A DNA stretch of 64,000 bases from the human T2T-CHM13v2.0 reference genome, Homo sapiens. Numbering within the stretch: the stretch's first letter is position 1; every line of letters begins with the position of its first letter. Positions 26,190-38,680 of the stretch are shown here, in pieces. Below the pieces are notes generated by a model, which was given only the letters and a program-made list of their open reading frames with translations, was not told the DNA's origin and made no database searches. Position numbers and translations under genes: made by a program. The DNA is taken from the NCBI RefSeq assembly GCF_009914755.1, contig NC_060927.1; one strand, 5' to 3'.

Positions 26190-27420
26190 ATGCAGGATTA
26201 GTCATTGATTTCAGCAACAAGGAGCACATACAGTATCTTTACCTGCTGCTGATTGCCTCACTTTCGTTCACCGCACAGACCATAGGAGGCAGCGACGTCA
26301 CATAGTGGGATATGTTAATCCAACCAAGTCTCTAAATACACAGCCAAGCTTATTGAGACAGAGCTGTGACGTTCCTGGAACAATTTTTTAATCCTGTTTT
26401 GTTTATATGAGTGAATTTGCTTTCCTCGTGGATAAATCCTTTGAGAGCAACTCTCATTGGATGCCCTATTGGAAAGGGGCCAGCTTTGGTATCTAAATCC
26501 TTAGTTCTTTATTAGTTTGGGAACCATAAAAAATACTTTAGACAATGAAAACTTCTCTCTTTTTCCTCTCCATCTCTCTCCCTGCTTTTCTCCTTCAAGT
26601 ATATGCACAATCATACTATTCCTCAATTAAAATGGAGTTTGGCGTAAATAAATAACTTCTAAAATCATAGAATGGGAAAAGTCCTCTCTATCCTAGAATT
26701 CTAGGGAGAATAATTATAAAAAAAATACTTTAGTACATGAGTACTCTGAATTTCAACTGAAATGTCTTTAGCTAGAAGTCCCATGCATGTTCAGAGAGAC
26801 GATTATCTGCTTGGATATAGGGCTTGGCAGAAATCACTTTTCAGTTCAGACATGGGATGGCGACAGAGTCTCATTAGGCTAATTTTATTTACAGGGCAGC
26901 CTGGTTTCCTGTGCTGTGAGCTGGGTGCTTATTCAGCTGCCTTGGCTTCGGTGGGCTTGCCGCACAGCGTATTTTTGTTTCCGAACTATTTTGGCCCTGG
27001 AAGGATGTCTGGCCTCGTTTCACTTTCGGAACTCTGATGAAAGCCACAGAAGTTTCCAGGGAGCCTGAGCAGGCTACTTGTGGGGCCCTTCCTCCTACAG
27101 CGTAAATGGCTACTGGAGGGTGACTTATGATCTGGGAAGAGCCCCTGTATCTGGAGACTTTCACCTTTGCAGAGGAAAGAAATTCTCGCTATAGGTGGCA
27201 TTGACCTCCCTGTTCTGCATCTTCAAGGCAGGACTTAAATCCCGGAGGGCCTTCGATCTGCTACTTTACTTATTAGTATGGGTAGATGTGGGGTCTTATT
27301 ATACCCTCCTCTGCCAACGCAGGATACTGCGTGTTAGTACTTATTACAGAGGGTGTGAGAAAAACGGAACAAGAATCTCAATTTGACTTTGAGGGTGCTA
27401 TTATTGTTTTTGCTCCACGT
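26190..27420. promoter_or_regulatory. Candidate enhancer/weak promoter in unique DNA
   Basis: ~23 CpG in ~1.2 kb by hand count; ISRE gtttcactttc (27017-27027), GAS ttcctggaa (26372-26380), CRE-like cgacgtca (~26293), ETS-like ggtttcctgt (~26903). Confidence 0.4.
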
Positions 27421-27519
27421 GTTCATTCAAATACTAATATACTCACACATTAACAGGGTACCTACACACATATTCTCTCATGTATGCATCACAACACATG
27501 GCTGAAGGAGGGAGAGATG

Positions 27520-27625
27520 GTGATGATATATGCCTATTTTAAAGAAGGCTCAGAGGGGCCAAGTAATTTATGCAGGTCACACAGCTCAGAGTGCTAGAGC
27601 TGGAGTTTAAACAGAAGTCTGACAA
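27520..27625 (-). mobile_element. MIR fragment
   Basis: ggctcagaggggccaagtaatttatgcaggtcacacagct...agagctggagtttaaac. Confidence 0.6.
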
Positions 27626-30024
27626 ATGATCATTGATTACCTTTTTTGTGACTCAGAGAAATGGTCTTAGCCAAAATTAATATGTTTGTTATGTTAATCT
27701 TCAGAAATTATTAGTCACAATAAACATTGTTCACATTTTGAAAACAATTATAGAATCACATTTGCTCAGATCACAAGATGATACTGATAATTGCCGAGAA
27801 ATCAAATCATAACTAAATTTAAGTTTACATGTTAACAAGGAAAATTAAACATCCTTTCAAAATGTTTGCAGCAGATAAAGTTATATTTTATGTTAGGTGT
27901 AGCTGCATTGAATATGCTGTAAATGAAAGGGATTGAGTTCTGCTAACATAAAAGTCGGGGGGCTTACAAGCGTTGGTTGGTTCTGAAAGCTGATGCATTT
28001 TCACTTTAGGACTGTGCAAATGTACTTATTTATGCATATATAGCCATGAAGTGTAACCAGGGCTAGTCCCAAACTAACTCAGACCATCAGCTCCCTTTAC
28101 CAAGCCCATGCTATCTCTGAGTGTATTAAGGGCTTTGCTTATGTTATGTTGTAATTACTCATCACTAACAAATAGCTTGTAAGGTACCATTTGCCTGATG
28201 AAGACATGCAGAACCAGAAAGTAAGACATTATTTTAGAAACAGAGAAATGACTTGGAGTGTAGGCCTAACTCAAAAGCCCATGCTTGTCACCTAAATCTC
28301 CCAGAGATAGAGCCCCAGGCATTTAGCAAGATCTCTTGCTCCTAAAAGCTGCCTCCATGTGCCTTCCAACCCTAGAGCTTCTTAAGTATTGCAATTACCG
28401 GGAAGTAAGGGAGATCAGAACCTTCTACTCTCATTCCACATTCCTAAAGTTGACAAACTCAGATTGCAATTGAAATGTATTTGAAATGTCAGATGTTTAA
28501 ATTTGTTTTAGTGCAAGTTTGATGAAATAAGAACTTTAAACAATTATATATATCTTTCAGGACAGAAAATAGAAAAGAAAAAGAAAGTATTTGCTTCAGT
28601 GGCTTGCTAAAGGCTTCTCTTATCTTGAAAGACCTGGGTAATTGCCTCAATTTTCCACTTCTCTTTTCATGTCCAGATAGGGCCTCATTTTTTTTGAGAG
28701 TTTTTTCTACCAACTGGTTCCACTATATTTGAAGTTTTCAATTGTCTCAAGTAGAATGTAATAAGGTCTTTTTCTTAGGTACCTCTTGTAAAAGTATTTT
28801 AGAAGATTATTAGAATATGTATACTTGAGTTGGTAGTGTTAGCAAATATTCACATCCCTTCAATGGCAGTAGCTTTGTGGGATGATAGAAATTGTGCAGT
28901 AAGTTGGGACTATAATCAGCCATTAACATTAAACATCAGGTATAAATGTCATTCTTCTGTTTCACCTCCACCTCTAAAAAAAAAAAAAATTACGTTGCAT
29001 TTTGAACTAAATCCTTCCCAACTGTGAGTTTAAAATGTTAATGATCTAAAATTTTCTTAGATACTCAAAATGAAGTTTTTATTTTTCTAGATTTTTAAGG
29101 TTGAAAAATCAAAACAAGATATTTTAGAATCAATTTCTTCAGCAGCTGAAATTGTTTTTTGTAACATTTTGCTCAAAAACAATTTCCGTAGTAGAATCAT
29201 CAACCAGAAAATCAGGACCGATATGGAAAATGCTATAGCCAGATGGGGACTACAGTTGGGTAGCAAAGTGTTTGGAATATAAAGAAGAAATAGTCTGTAA
29301 ATTTCATAATGGGGAAATTGGATGAGAAGTTCAAATTTATCATCTCAACTTTGTGATTGATCCAAAGGCAACTCTTGGCACTTGAATCCTACTTGGTCTT
29401 CTTTGTGCAACTAGATTTCCTGACTTAAGGGAACCCAGTTGGTAGATGGGAAAAGTTACAGTTATAGTCATGGTTCAAATGTGCTACTAAGTTTACCTAA
29501 CTTCTAATTACTGTCTTAAATTACCTCAGCAGGTTCAGTACTTAGAAATGTGCTTTTATGTGGAGATTATCTTAACATCTAGAAAATAATGAAATACTAT
29601 ATTATATCCTTATATGAATAATATATTCAAATATTCATTTATATTTGATGCCCACAGATTTTTAGCTTATAGCACTCCAACAAAGAGCCAAGAAAATAAG
29701 CCTTTTTCTTAGAGTCCAGAGGCAGCGAGTGAACCTTTGTAAAATTGGTGAAAAGTACTCCTGTATCTTTTTCTCATTATTCAAAAAGTCATAAGCAAGA
29801 TTTGAAAATGTAATATGGGGGGCGGTGAGCAGAACAGTTTGTGTCCTGCCTTCAGAGGTAGTAACTGGTTTTTGGTGAGTCCTGAAGTTCACCAGTGAGA
29901 AGGTAGTGATTAAATAACTACTTGTCTTCTAAATGCAAAACTGAGGTCTTATCTAGGAAACCAGATGAAGATATGGTGGGTCTGTCTTGCCCTCTCATTT
30001 ATTTGGCATTGGTTGTCTATCCAT

Positions 30025-30310
30025 CAATCCATTCATTCAATCATTTGACAATTGAGTGCTTATTTTATTCCAGGCATAGTGTTAATTGCTGGGGACAAAA
30101 CAGTGAACAAGATTGAAGAAGTTCTGTTCTCCATGGAGCAAAATGGGCAGTTGCAATAAAGTATGCCAAGCCCATGGTAAAATTATGTAAAGTGATGAGG
30201 GTGGATGTAGCAAGAACACCTAATTCAGACGTGGGACAGGGGTAGGGGGGTTATGAGGCTTCCCTGAGCAAGTGATGTTCATCCTGAAACATGTAGAGCT
30301 GGCCAGGAAA
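30025..30310 (-). mobile_element. L2 3' end
   Basis: cattcattcaatcatttgacaattgagtgctta...ccaggcatagtgtt...gctggggacaaaacagtgaacaaga. Confidence 0.75.
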
Positions 30311-31559
30311 AAGGAGATGTGCTCATTAAGATGGGGTTTTGTCTTCCTTCACATATTTTTCTAAAACACAAGATGCAGAGAAAAGAAGAGTGCTCCAGAA
30401 GAACCATCCTCTGAGAGGTTTAGCTTATCTCCACCAGGAGATAAACTGCCACCCAAGGACATTTATTTTTATGTGGATATGAACATTGGGACTTACCAGT
30501 TGAATCCACACAGACTTACTGTTAAGTTTACAGCTATCTTTAATTGTGACTATTTCTACTGGGGGATATTCAACTAATCCAGCTTTGATTGGATTGACTC
30601 AGTGAGAATTGAACTGAGAGTGGTGTCAGCAGAGGATGATGTCACCTTAATTATTAGCCTTGTGTTCAGGACAGTAAGAATTTATTCATTCTGATCTGCA
30701 TGGTCCTGAAGTCACCGAAAAGTCAGGGCTTCTAAAAGTTTAATGGAATCCTTAGAATAGAATGTTAAAGTTTCTTTGTACTTGTCATTGGTTGACACTT
30801 TTAAAATATGTTCTAAAGTGTTTAGGCTCAGTTGGATTGGGAAGTTGAGATGGAATCATAAATTCTGCAAATGTCTACTTTTTTTATCTTTGCATGAAAA
30901 CGCGATAAAAAGTATTACATAGTAGTAAAGAAATCAGCATGAAAAGCAGATTATGTTATATTTTTGAATTTGTAATTTTCTATCACCTAAGAAATTGTGT
31001 GAATTCCTATTTTGTATTTGTATTCACTTATTCAGGTTTTCCATTATGTTAGGTGAGAGACTATATTCAGTAAGTTCCAATCTTCTGCTCAAACAAGCTG
31101 AACAACTCACAGAACTTTCTGGATTGAATATCTCATCAGCTTTTCAGCCACACAGAAGGAAAGGAAACAAGTGCTTATTGAAATTGTTCATCATGAAAAA
31201 ATAATTGCTTAAAAGGCCCATAGCAAAATCCTAGAAATATTGTTGAATACGTTGTGAATAATGGTAGACGTTATAACTAGGGCCAAAATTTAACCTGCTT
31301 TTTCAGTAATAGTTTATATAAAATGTTACTAAGTGGTTTCATGAAAAATATATTTGCTGTGGTCCAACCTAAAAATATATATATTAAGCCCCCACTCTGC
31401 TCACAGCACTGCAACTTTCACTGTTATTATTCCACCTTTCTGGGTCATTGAGAGCTTGACATCTTCAGGTGAGGTCATCTCTTCATTTGGTGTGGCGCTG
31501 GCATTTCTCTATCAGAATTTTATTTTTTTCTTATAACATTTTCCCCAGTTTTTTAACAT

Positions 31560-33070
31560 TCCATCAAAAAATATATAAAGTTATCACAGAAAATCAGGAA
31601 AATAAGTTATCTGTATTTGCATTATATAGTTATAACAATTGTTGTTACACTTTGCTGTTTTGTTCTCTTTTCACTCATTTTTTTCTATCTCTGAATTAGA
31701 ATTCAAATACATAGGTTAGGTAATAATCTGATTTGTAAATGACCTCCATATCCTGAGCATTTTCAGATTAATTGCATATTTGGGGGGGTATATAATTTTC
31801 AGATTTTTAGCTGAATAATGTTCACCATATGAATGAAGTTATTTAGGCTATCCTATATTGTTAATATTAATTAATGTAGAGACTAAGCAGCTGTAATAAA
31901 GAGAATTGAGCATTAGTTACCCAGATGTGATAGAAGTTTATTTCTCTCCCTTGATATAGCACAAAGATTAGCAGGAGGCCTGGCTCTGATGGGTAGCACC
32001 GCTCTGGAAAGTCACCTACAAATCCAGATTTCTTTATTTTCTCTCTTCCATCTCCAAGGAGGTTGCCCTTTTCTGTGCAGTTGGAATCATTTCATGAGCA
32101 CCATGTCCTTGTCTTTTATGTGATAGGCAAGCTGCTGCCTTATAAAAATGTCATCTGATGAAACCTGGGAAGGATAGTGGGGGTGGTGTTATAAGATGAA
32201 GAAGGAGAAATTGGAAAGTGCTGAGCAATTAATATCAGCCATGGCATCTAGATATTTCCCCCAATTTTTTATTATTAATGTCACATAGAATTCCTTTTAC
32301 ATGTACATGTACATGTTTGATAACTGACTTGGGATAAATATGCAATATTAGGTAAAAATGTAATATACCTTTATATTATCTATATTCTCTGATTGCTTTT
32401 CAGAAAGGTTCCATGCTAATTATTATGGTTTATTTTAATCTCTGGTAATTCTTTAGTTTAAAATGACATTTTATCATGGTATCCATTTGCATTTCTTTCA
32501 TTACTAGCACATGTAAGTATTTTTGAGGATTATCATACATTCGTATGTATTTTGTGACTTGCCTATTGACATTCTTGACCATTTTTTCTAAGAATTTTTT
32601 TTTGCTGATTTGTCAAATTTGAATTGCCCTTTGTCATACATATAGCATATACTTTCTTAGTTTATCATTTTTCTTGTAATTATTTGTGCGTTTTAAAACA
32701 TACTTTTTGTATAGTTGGATTGTTTCTATTTTCCTTGATGTCATGTTTTGCTTTCTTTTTTGCTTAGACTTATGCAAACGAATTGAGATAAATAATTGCC
32801 ATTTTTCTTTTTAATTGTTATTTTGCTTTTTTCCTACAGCTATGTTTTAACTTGCCATGTGAGTGAGAACCAAAAAATATTTCTCTCTTTTTTGTTTTTC
32901 ACTGAATTTAGTCAGCAATTTTTTATGGGTTGTTGGGTACACGCCAGGCATTCTTCTAAGTAGATATTGTAGACCTAAAACCTATGCTTGTACATCCAGT
33001 ATAGTCACTGATGAATCCTATCTTTTTCTTAATGTGTGAAGTATCATTTTTCAAATGTATAAATCCTTAT
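31560..33070 (-). mobile_element. Highly decayed L1ME-type fragments, interrupted by MaLR LTR
   Basis: tagctgaataatgttcaccatatg; atttgcatttctttcattactag; gtgacttgcctattgacattcttgaccatttttc are L1M antisense motifs. Confidence 0.45.
31865..32245 (-). mobile_element. Old MaLR LTR (MLT1J-like)
   Basis: gctgtaataaagag...atagaagtttatttctctc...ctgggaaggatagt...gaagaaggagaaattgga. Confidence 0.5.
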
Positions 33071-33071
33071 A

Positions 33072-33316
33072 TAATTGTCTCTTGGTAGCCACAGGAGATT
33101 GCTTCCAGGACCTTCTCCAAGTATACCAAAATCCATGCATACTCAAGTCCCTCAGTTGGCCCTGTGGAACCCACATATGTACATACAAAAAGTCAACCCT
33201 CCATAAATGCAAGTTTTGCATTCCATGAGTATTATATTTCTATCTGTTTGGTTGAAAAAAATCCACGTATAAGTAGACCTGTGCAATTCAAGCTCATGTT
33301 ATTTAAGGATCAAGTG
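33072..33316 (+). mobile_element. MER8 (Tigger)
   Basis: ttccaggacc...gtataccaaaatccatgcatactcaagtccc...gtttggttgaaaaaaatccacgtataagtagacc...aaggatcaagtg. Confidence 0.85.
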
Positions 33317-33739
33317 AATATTTTAGACCTGGTTTTGACTTTCTCTTCTCTCGCGTTCTGTTATTTTTTACTCCAGTATCAGTTTTAATTAGGGTCGGGG
33401 GTAATATGTTATAGTTAACACAAAAGCAAACAAAATTTAAGACTCAATGAAAAAATCTCACCTAAATTCCTGGTATGCTAGTGATAAAGGTAATATTATT
33501 TTGTTATATAATTCAGAGGAAGCTGTTAGAAAGCAAGGCAAAATAAGAAAGCAGGTATTATTATTTTGTTTTAAGTACACTTCAGTACTCAATTATTAGA
33601 ATAGCCTTTTTAAAATTGAAATAATTAGGTTTTGCAATGTACTTTGCCCTATCTTCAAAATATGATAGGACCCCAGCTAATGAGGTATAACAAAAAATTT
33701 AATGTGATTTGTTGAGTGAAATATTTAAGTTAAGGTTGG

Positions 33740-34150
33740 TATAGTTAGGTGTGGCACAGTGAAAGGCACTCAGCCTGGAGTGTCAAAAGGATTAAGTTTG
33801 TTATACACAGATCCCAGAGAAGAGGGCAACATGCCTCACAGGACCAATCAGAAAGAGGGAGGTGTCCAGTATATGTGCACTCGATTATTAGGTAGAGAGC
33901 AAGAGGGAGGGACTTTTGGGCTGAAGCCTTTATTGGAGTCCAGGGCATTACCTGGGTGGGTTTCTGGCAACAGGCTTGAACTGGTTAACCTGAAGTCTTA
34001 ATTTGAGGCTAAGCAAAGAACTAGGGTATTACTTTACCATGTTTACCAGGTTTAAGGCAAAAGGCAAAAAGTAAAGTGGTCAAGAGGTTCAGGGTATGCG
34101 GCCTTGTCTATCTAGAACAGAAAAATGGGAACTGGATAGAATACTGCCTC
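33740..34150 (-). mobile_element. ERVL-class LTR (MER74/MER73-like), family uncertain
   Basis: aagtttgttatacacagatcccagagaagaggg...aagcctttattggagtcc resembles that group. Confidence 0.4.
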
Positions 34151-35755
34151 TAAATGTAGGTCTAAGAAAACAAGCCAGGGACAGGACAAAGTGATAGAAG
34201 CTGAAGCAGTATTAATATGAATCATAATCAGAATTATGACAAATAATAATAGTTTATGAGCAGTAATCTCAGTACTTGGGACAACTGCTATTGCTCACAA
34301 ATATTCTTGTCTGCTTTCGTTGTCAAATATTTTTATACTGTTGAGTTGCTACATGAGTAAGTTTTGATGCATTACATATATGTATTATTAAATATTTACC
34401 CTCATTAGTTGGTAATTATGGCTTTATTCTAGTGCTTTACGTAGTTATTGTTTTCCGTGTTCTTAGACTATATACATATATTACATAGACTGCCTGTTTA
34501 TTAATACATACTTGCCTGTTAAAAATTAAGGCTTGGTACATAATTTTAATATCGTAATTATACTTGTTGCCAAGGTATTTGAGTGCATCTCTTATTTGTC
34601 CAAGTATTTCAATTTGTTGTCAATTTTATCTACTATCATCAGTGTCTGTATTCTGTGTTATTATACTACATTGTAGTCATATTTTCAACCAAATACTGCA
34701 AAATCTAAAGATCTTAAAGAAATGAAATACTAGCAATTAGTTTGAGCTACATAATCTTGGATAGGTAGATATTGTGTGACTCTTCTTTCTGCCACATTTG
34801 TATCTACACATTAGATTTTCTGATGGTTAATTCTCTAGCTTTCAAAATATTAGTAATTTAAAGGCAATAATTTTTATAACCTAAACCATATAGGTTAGAT
34901 CTGAACCACAGATTTATCAATGGAACCCATTTCTCTGTTTGGTGGTATGTGAGTAATTCAACTGAATCATATTTATGTCTCACTTTATACCATCACTGTG
35001 TCATGTATTTGTCATTTTGGGTGACATGCCAGGAAATGTTTTCTATTCACTCGTTACATTTTAAAAACTTTTAAAAAAATTGTGATTTGCCATTAGCAAT
35101 TACAGATGACTATGGCAAAACCAGATCCCAATCACACAATCTTAACACAGTTTCAATATTGTATCAGGTTTTTACAGTAATCCTGTGAAAAAGTGGAAAT
35201 CCATCACAATGTTTTGTAATTTGAAGACACTGGGAGGGTCAGAGATGCTGAGTCACAGCCAAAGTGGCACTGCTGTCCATGTCAAACACATTCTTGAATT
35301 CTAGCCTCTGATTGCAAGTTCAGGATTCTTTTCAGTGTATATAATAAAAAGATAAAAATTTAAAAATAAACACTTTATAATAGATTGTTGACTGACTTAA
35401 TCTTATGGAGTATTATCAAAAATACTCATTTGAATTGATAACATTTCATAATTATATGCTTTACTTAGTAAATGAAATTGGTTACAATAAAATATGAAAA
35501 TATGTTGTTTTTGTATTGAACATTGGCATGCCTTTAGGGTTTGTTTTACTTTTACTCTACTTTTGAGTTTATAATTTTAATCTATTACAAGTAAAACACA
35601 TTTGTCTAATCATTTTTGTTGATTATGTTAAATTCTTTTATTTAAAATTACTAACAATGATTATTAATTTAAGATGAGTTCATGTGGAAAATTTAGAAAT
35701 ACATTAAAGAAAATACATGATAGGTAATCCCAACATCTGGAGATGACAAATATTG

Positions 35756-35760
<5 letters not shown>

Positions 35761-35786
<26 letters not shown>
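35761..35786. repeat. (TG)13 microsatellite
   Basis: Direct reading. Confidence 0.95.
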
Positions 35787-35790
<4 letters not shown>

Positions 35791-38631
35791 CACACATATA
35801 TTCACTCACATCCTTACAGGAAAATGTATATAAATGGTTTTTTTTTAAAAAAAAAATTGAGAGTGTAGTCTTTATTTAGATTATACTCTTATATAGTATG
35901 TTAACACTATTTCCCATATTCTTTGATAGCATGATTTTAAAATTTGTATTGTATCAATTTAAAGAAACGATATCCATTCCTTCACCTCTATTTTCATTGA
36001 CCTGCTCTGACTACCTTCTTCCTATTTCTGTAGTAGTGTGGGAATTATACACTTTATTTTTATTCCTGTGTAGGGATTTCCTTAATGTTGTATTTTTGAT
36101 TATTTTTCCTAAGCATATAAGAAACACCTTATTTTAAAAATTATTATCTACAATTATTATTATAATAGGAAAGAAAAATTAACCTTCAATGAAGAAAAAT
36201 TTTGGTTAATGCTATAGACTTTGTCTCACTAAACAAAATAAAGTGGTGATAATAATAATAGTAGGCCTTTTAAGGCCACAGACATCAGTGAGAAATACTA
36301 TGGTGGAATAACTTTAGAAGACAGATTGCCAAAGAATGGGCCCTGCTGCTGAATAAAACCTGGTGACCCTATGTAAGTTTTAAGCCTGGGGCATGTAATA
36401 GAACACCTGTGATGCTTCAAGGATGTTTTGAGAACAGACCTCATCTTGTGGTTTCCCAGAAATAGGCATTTTGGGGTAGCCAAAAATCATGGTCTAAGAA
36501 CATTACTAATACTACACCTACCACCCTGCAAATCTCATAATGAAGAATTTAGGTCCATGAGAATTTCTGGCCAGGTGTCTAAAGATGGGAGATTAGGTGG
36601 TACTGCTTCTCCCATCTATTCTGGCCATACACAATACATAAGACTTTGTCCTTCTTCAAGTATTTGGCCTTGAATGTTCGGTTTAATTGTCTTTCATGAG
36701 TAAGTTAAGGAAGATTGTGGGAACATTTTTCTTTTGGCTTGTAACTCCCGAACAACCTCCAAGTCCAGAAAACCCTCGTGATCATCTTTAAATTAAATAA
36801 ATAACTATTTGAATTTAAATCAATAATAAAGAAAAAGAAATACATTGGTGTCTCTATTATAAGATGGTAAATTGTGAAAGTTTTTCCATCATTTCTTCCT
36901 GGAGGAGAATATGGGATAGGATAAACTCCAGATATTGTTTAGAATAATCTGCAGCTTTCGAAGTAGGCTATTACTATTGACTTGTTTCAATCTAGATTAT
37001 TACTATTTAGTATGAAGTTTCATACATTATATTGATATTTGTATATAATTTTTTGCCCTATTGTGAACAATTATTTTCACCTGGGATAGAAGTCTCTTTC
37101 ATTAATTTCTCAGATGTGATTTTAGTTTTTGATTTTTTCCCTCTATCTGATCTCACTTATGCTAGATCTTGCTATAATTGCTCAAAATTTCTTGCCTATA
37201 GATAGCATTCTTACCTGGTTTCCAGGGCCAGGGAAACATTTTCCCCATTTTTACTTTCTGATATTAATTTCAATAGCAATTGGAGATGGAGAAGCTCAAA
37301 AATATGCATTCAATTTACTACAATGAACTAGGCCCTGAAAACATGACTTTATTGACTGTACCCTTTTCTGATGTGAGAGTAGATCCTAATCTATTTATAT
37401 TTAATATTATTTCTATTTTTTACATTCAATTTGTTTCTAAATTTTGCTTTAATAATTAAATTAATTTTTTATCTATAACTTTATCTGTATATCTCGAAAG
37501 TTTTCTCTGTTTTGTATTTATTTCCTCTTAACTCTAGGAAACTCAATAATACACCATTTTGAGACAGCTTATAAAGTGACACAAAAAAAACAGAAGATAA
37601 AGGGAGAATAATGGTGGCTAGTTTTAGATCAGAAAACTAATCTGTTGGAAGTGTACTTGTCTCCTGGTCTCTTGCCTCCGCGTAATTCAAACTGAGAACT
37701 GTGGAGGAGGACTTAATAAAAGGTGTAAATTTCAATAAGACATTTGTATTTCTGAATGCCTATAGTGTGTATCATTTCAGAAACTTACAAGAATCAAATC
37801 TTTAGCTTATAAAGGAGACAGGGTGTGAGTTAAATTCAAATAATATTTATTAAATATTTATTATGTGCCAAACAGTGTACCTAATAAAAATAAGACAGGA
37901 AATAAAATAGATAAGACAAGATTCTTGTTCTCGGGCCTATAGTGGTTTCATGGAAAAGCAAAGACATTCAGTTTTGAAACTTCACAAGTATCAAAATGTG
38001 TTAGCCAAAATCTATCTGTACAATTTAAAAAATTAACAAATGAGTAAGAAGTATTGGTGGCTGATTGAAATGGACACTGACCAATTGTTTGAAGGATGGG
38101 TTGTGGTCATTACTATACCAAATTAATGGATTCTGGGATGGCTTTGTACAGCCTCTTTTATTTTTACTCTATTTACTTTCAATTACTCAAGTAACAACTG
38201 CATATATTTTCACAAAATTCAAAAAATAAAGAAATATTTAGAGTAAAATGGATAGGTTTTTGCTTTCTCATTTCCCTCTCTGGAAGTAACCACTTTGTAT
38301 ATACTTCAAAAATGTTTATCTACATAGAAATATGTGGCTATATTTTGTGTTTTTTAGTAATTCTGGAAATTGAACCACATTGTATGTTTTGTTCTGCAAG
38401 CACCTTTTTTGTTAACTTAATAAATCTGGAGGGTCTTTCATGTCAGTAACTACAGATCTATGCTAATATTTTAACTGCAAATTACAATTTTATGAGCTAA
38501 ATAAATGAGTGTCATTGGGAAAGTTGTTTACTCAGCAGTACAGAAAGAGACCATCTGACCAGAATTGGGATTTTGCAAGACTCTTAGCCTCAATTTGTCA
38601 TCTTCTGATTTGATGTCTTATACACATTTTT

Positions 38632-38680
38632 ATGTGTGTGTATAATGTATATATGTATACATATATATATACACACACAC
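38632..38680. repeat. Compound (TG)/(TA)/(CA) microsatellite
   Basis: tgtgtgtgtataatgtatatatgtatacatatatatatacacacacac. Confidence 0.85.

Noticed and set aside
25733-26705. Short palindromes agtcctaaa-ca-tttaggact (25733-25752) and cctagaattctagg (26692-26705)
   Set aside because: Within chance expectation for 64 kb of AT-rich DNA.
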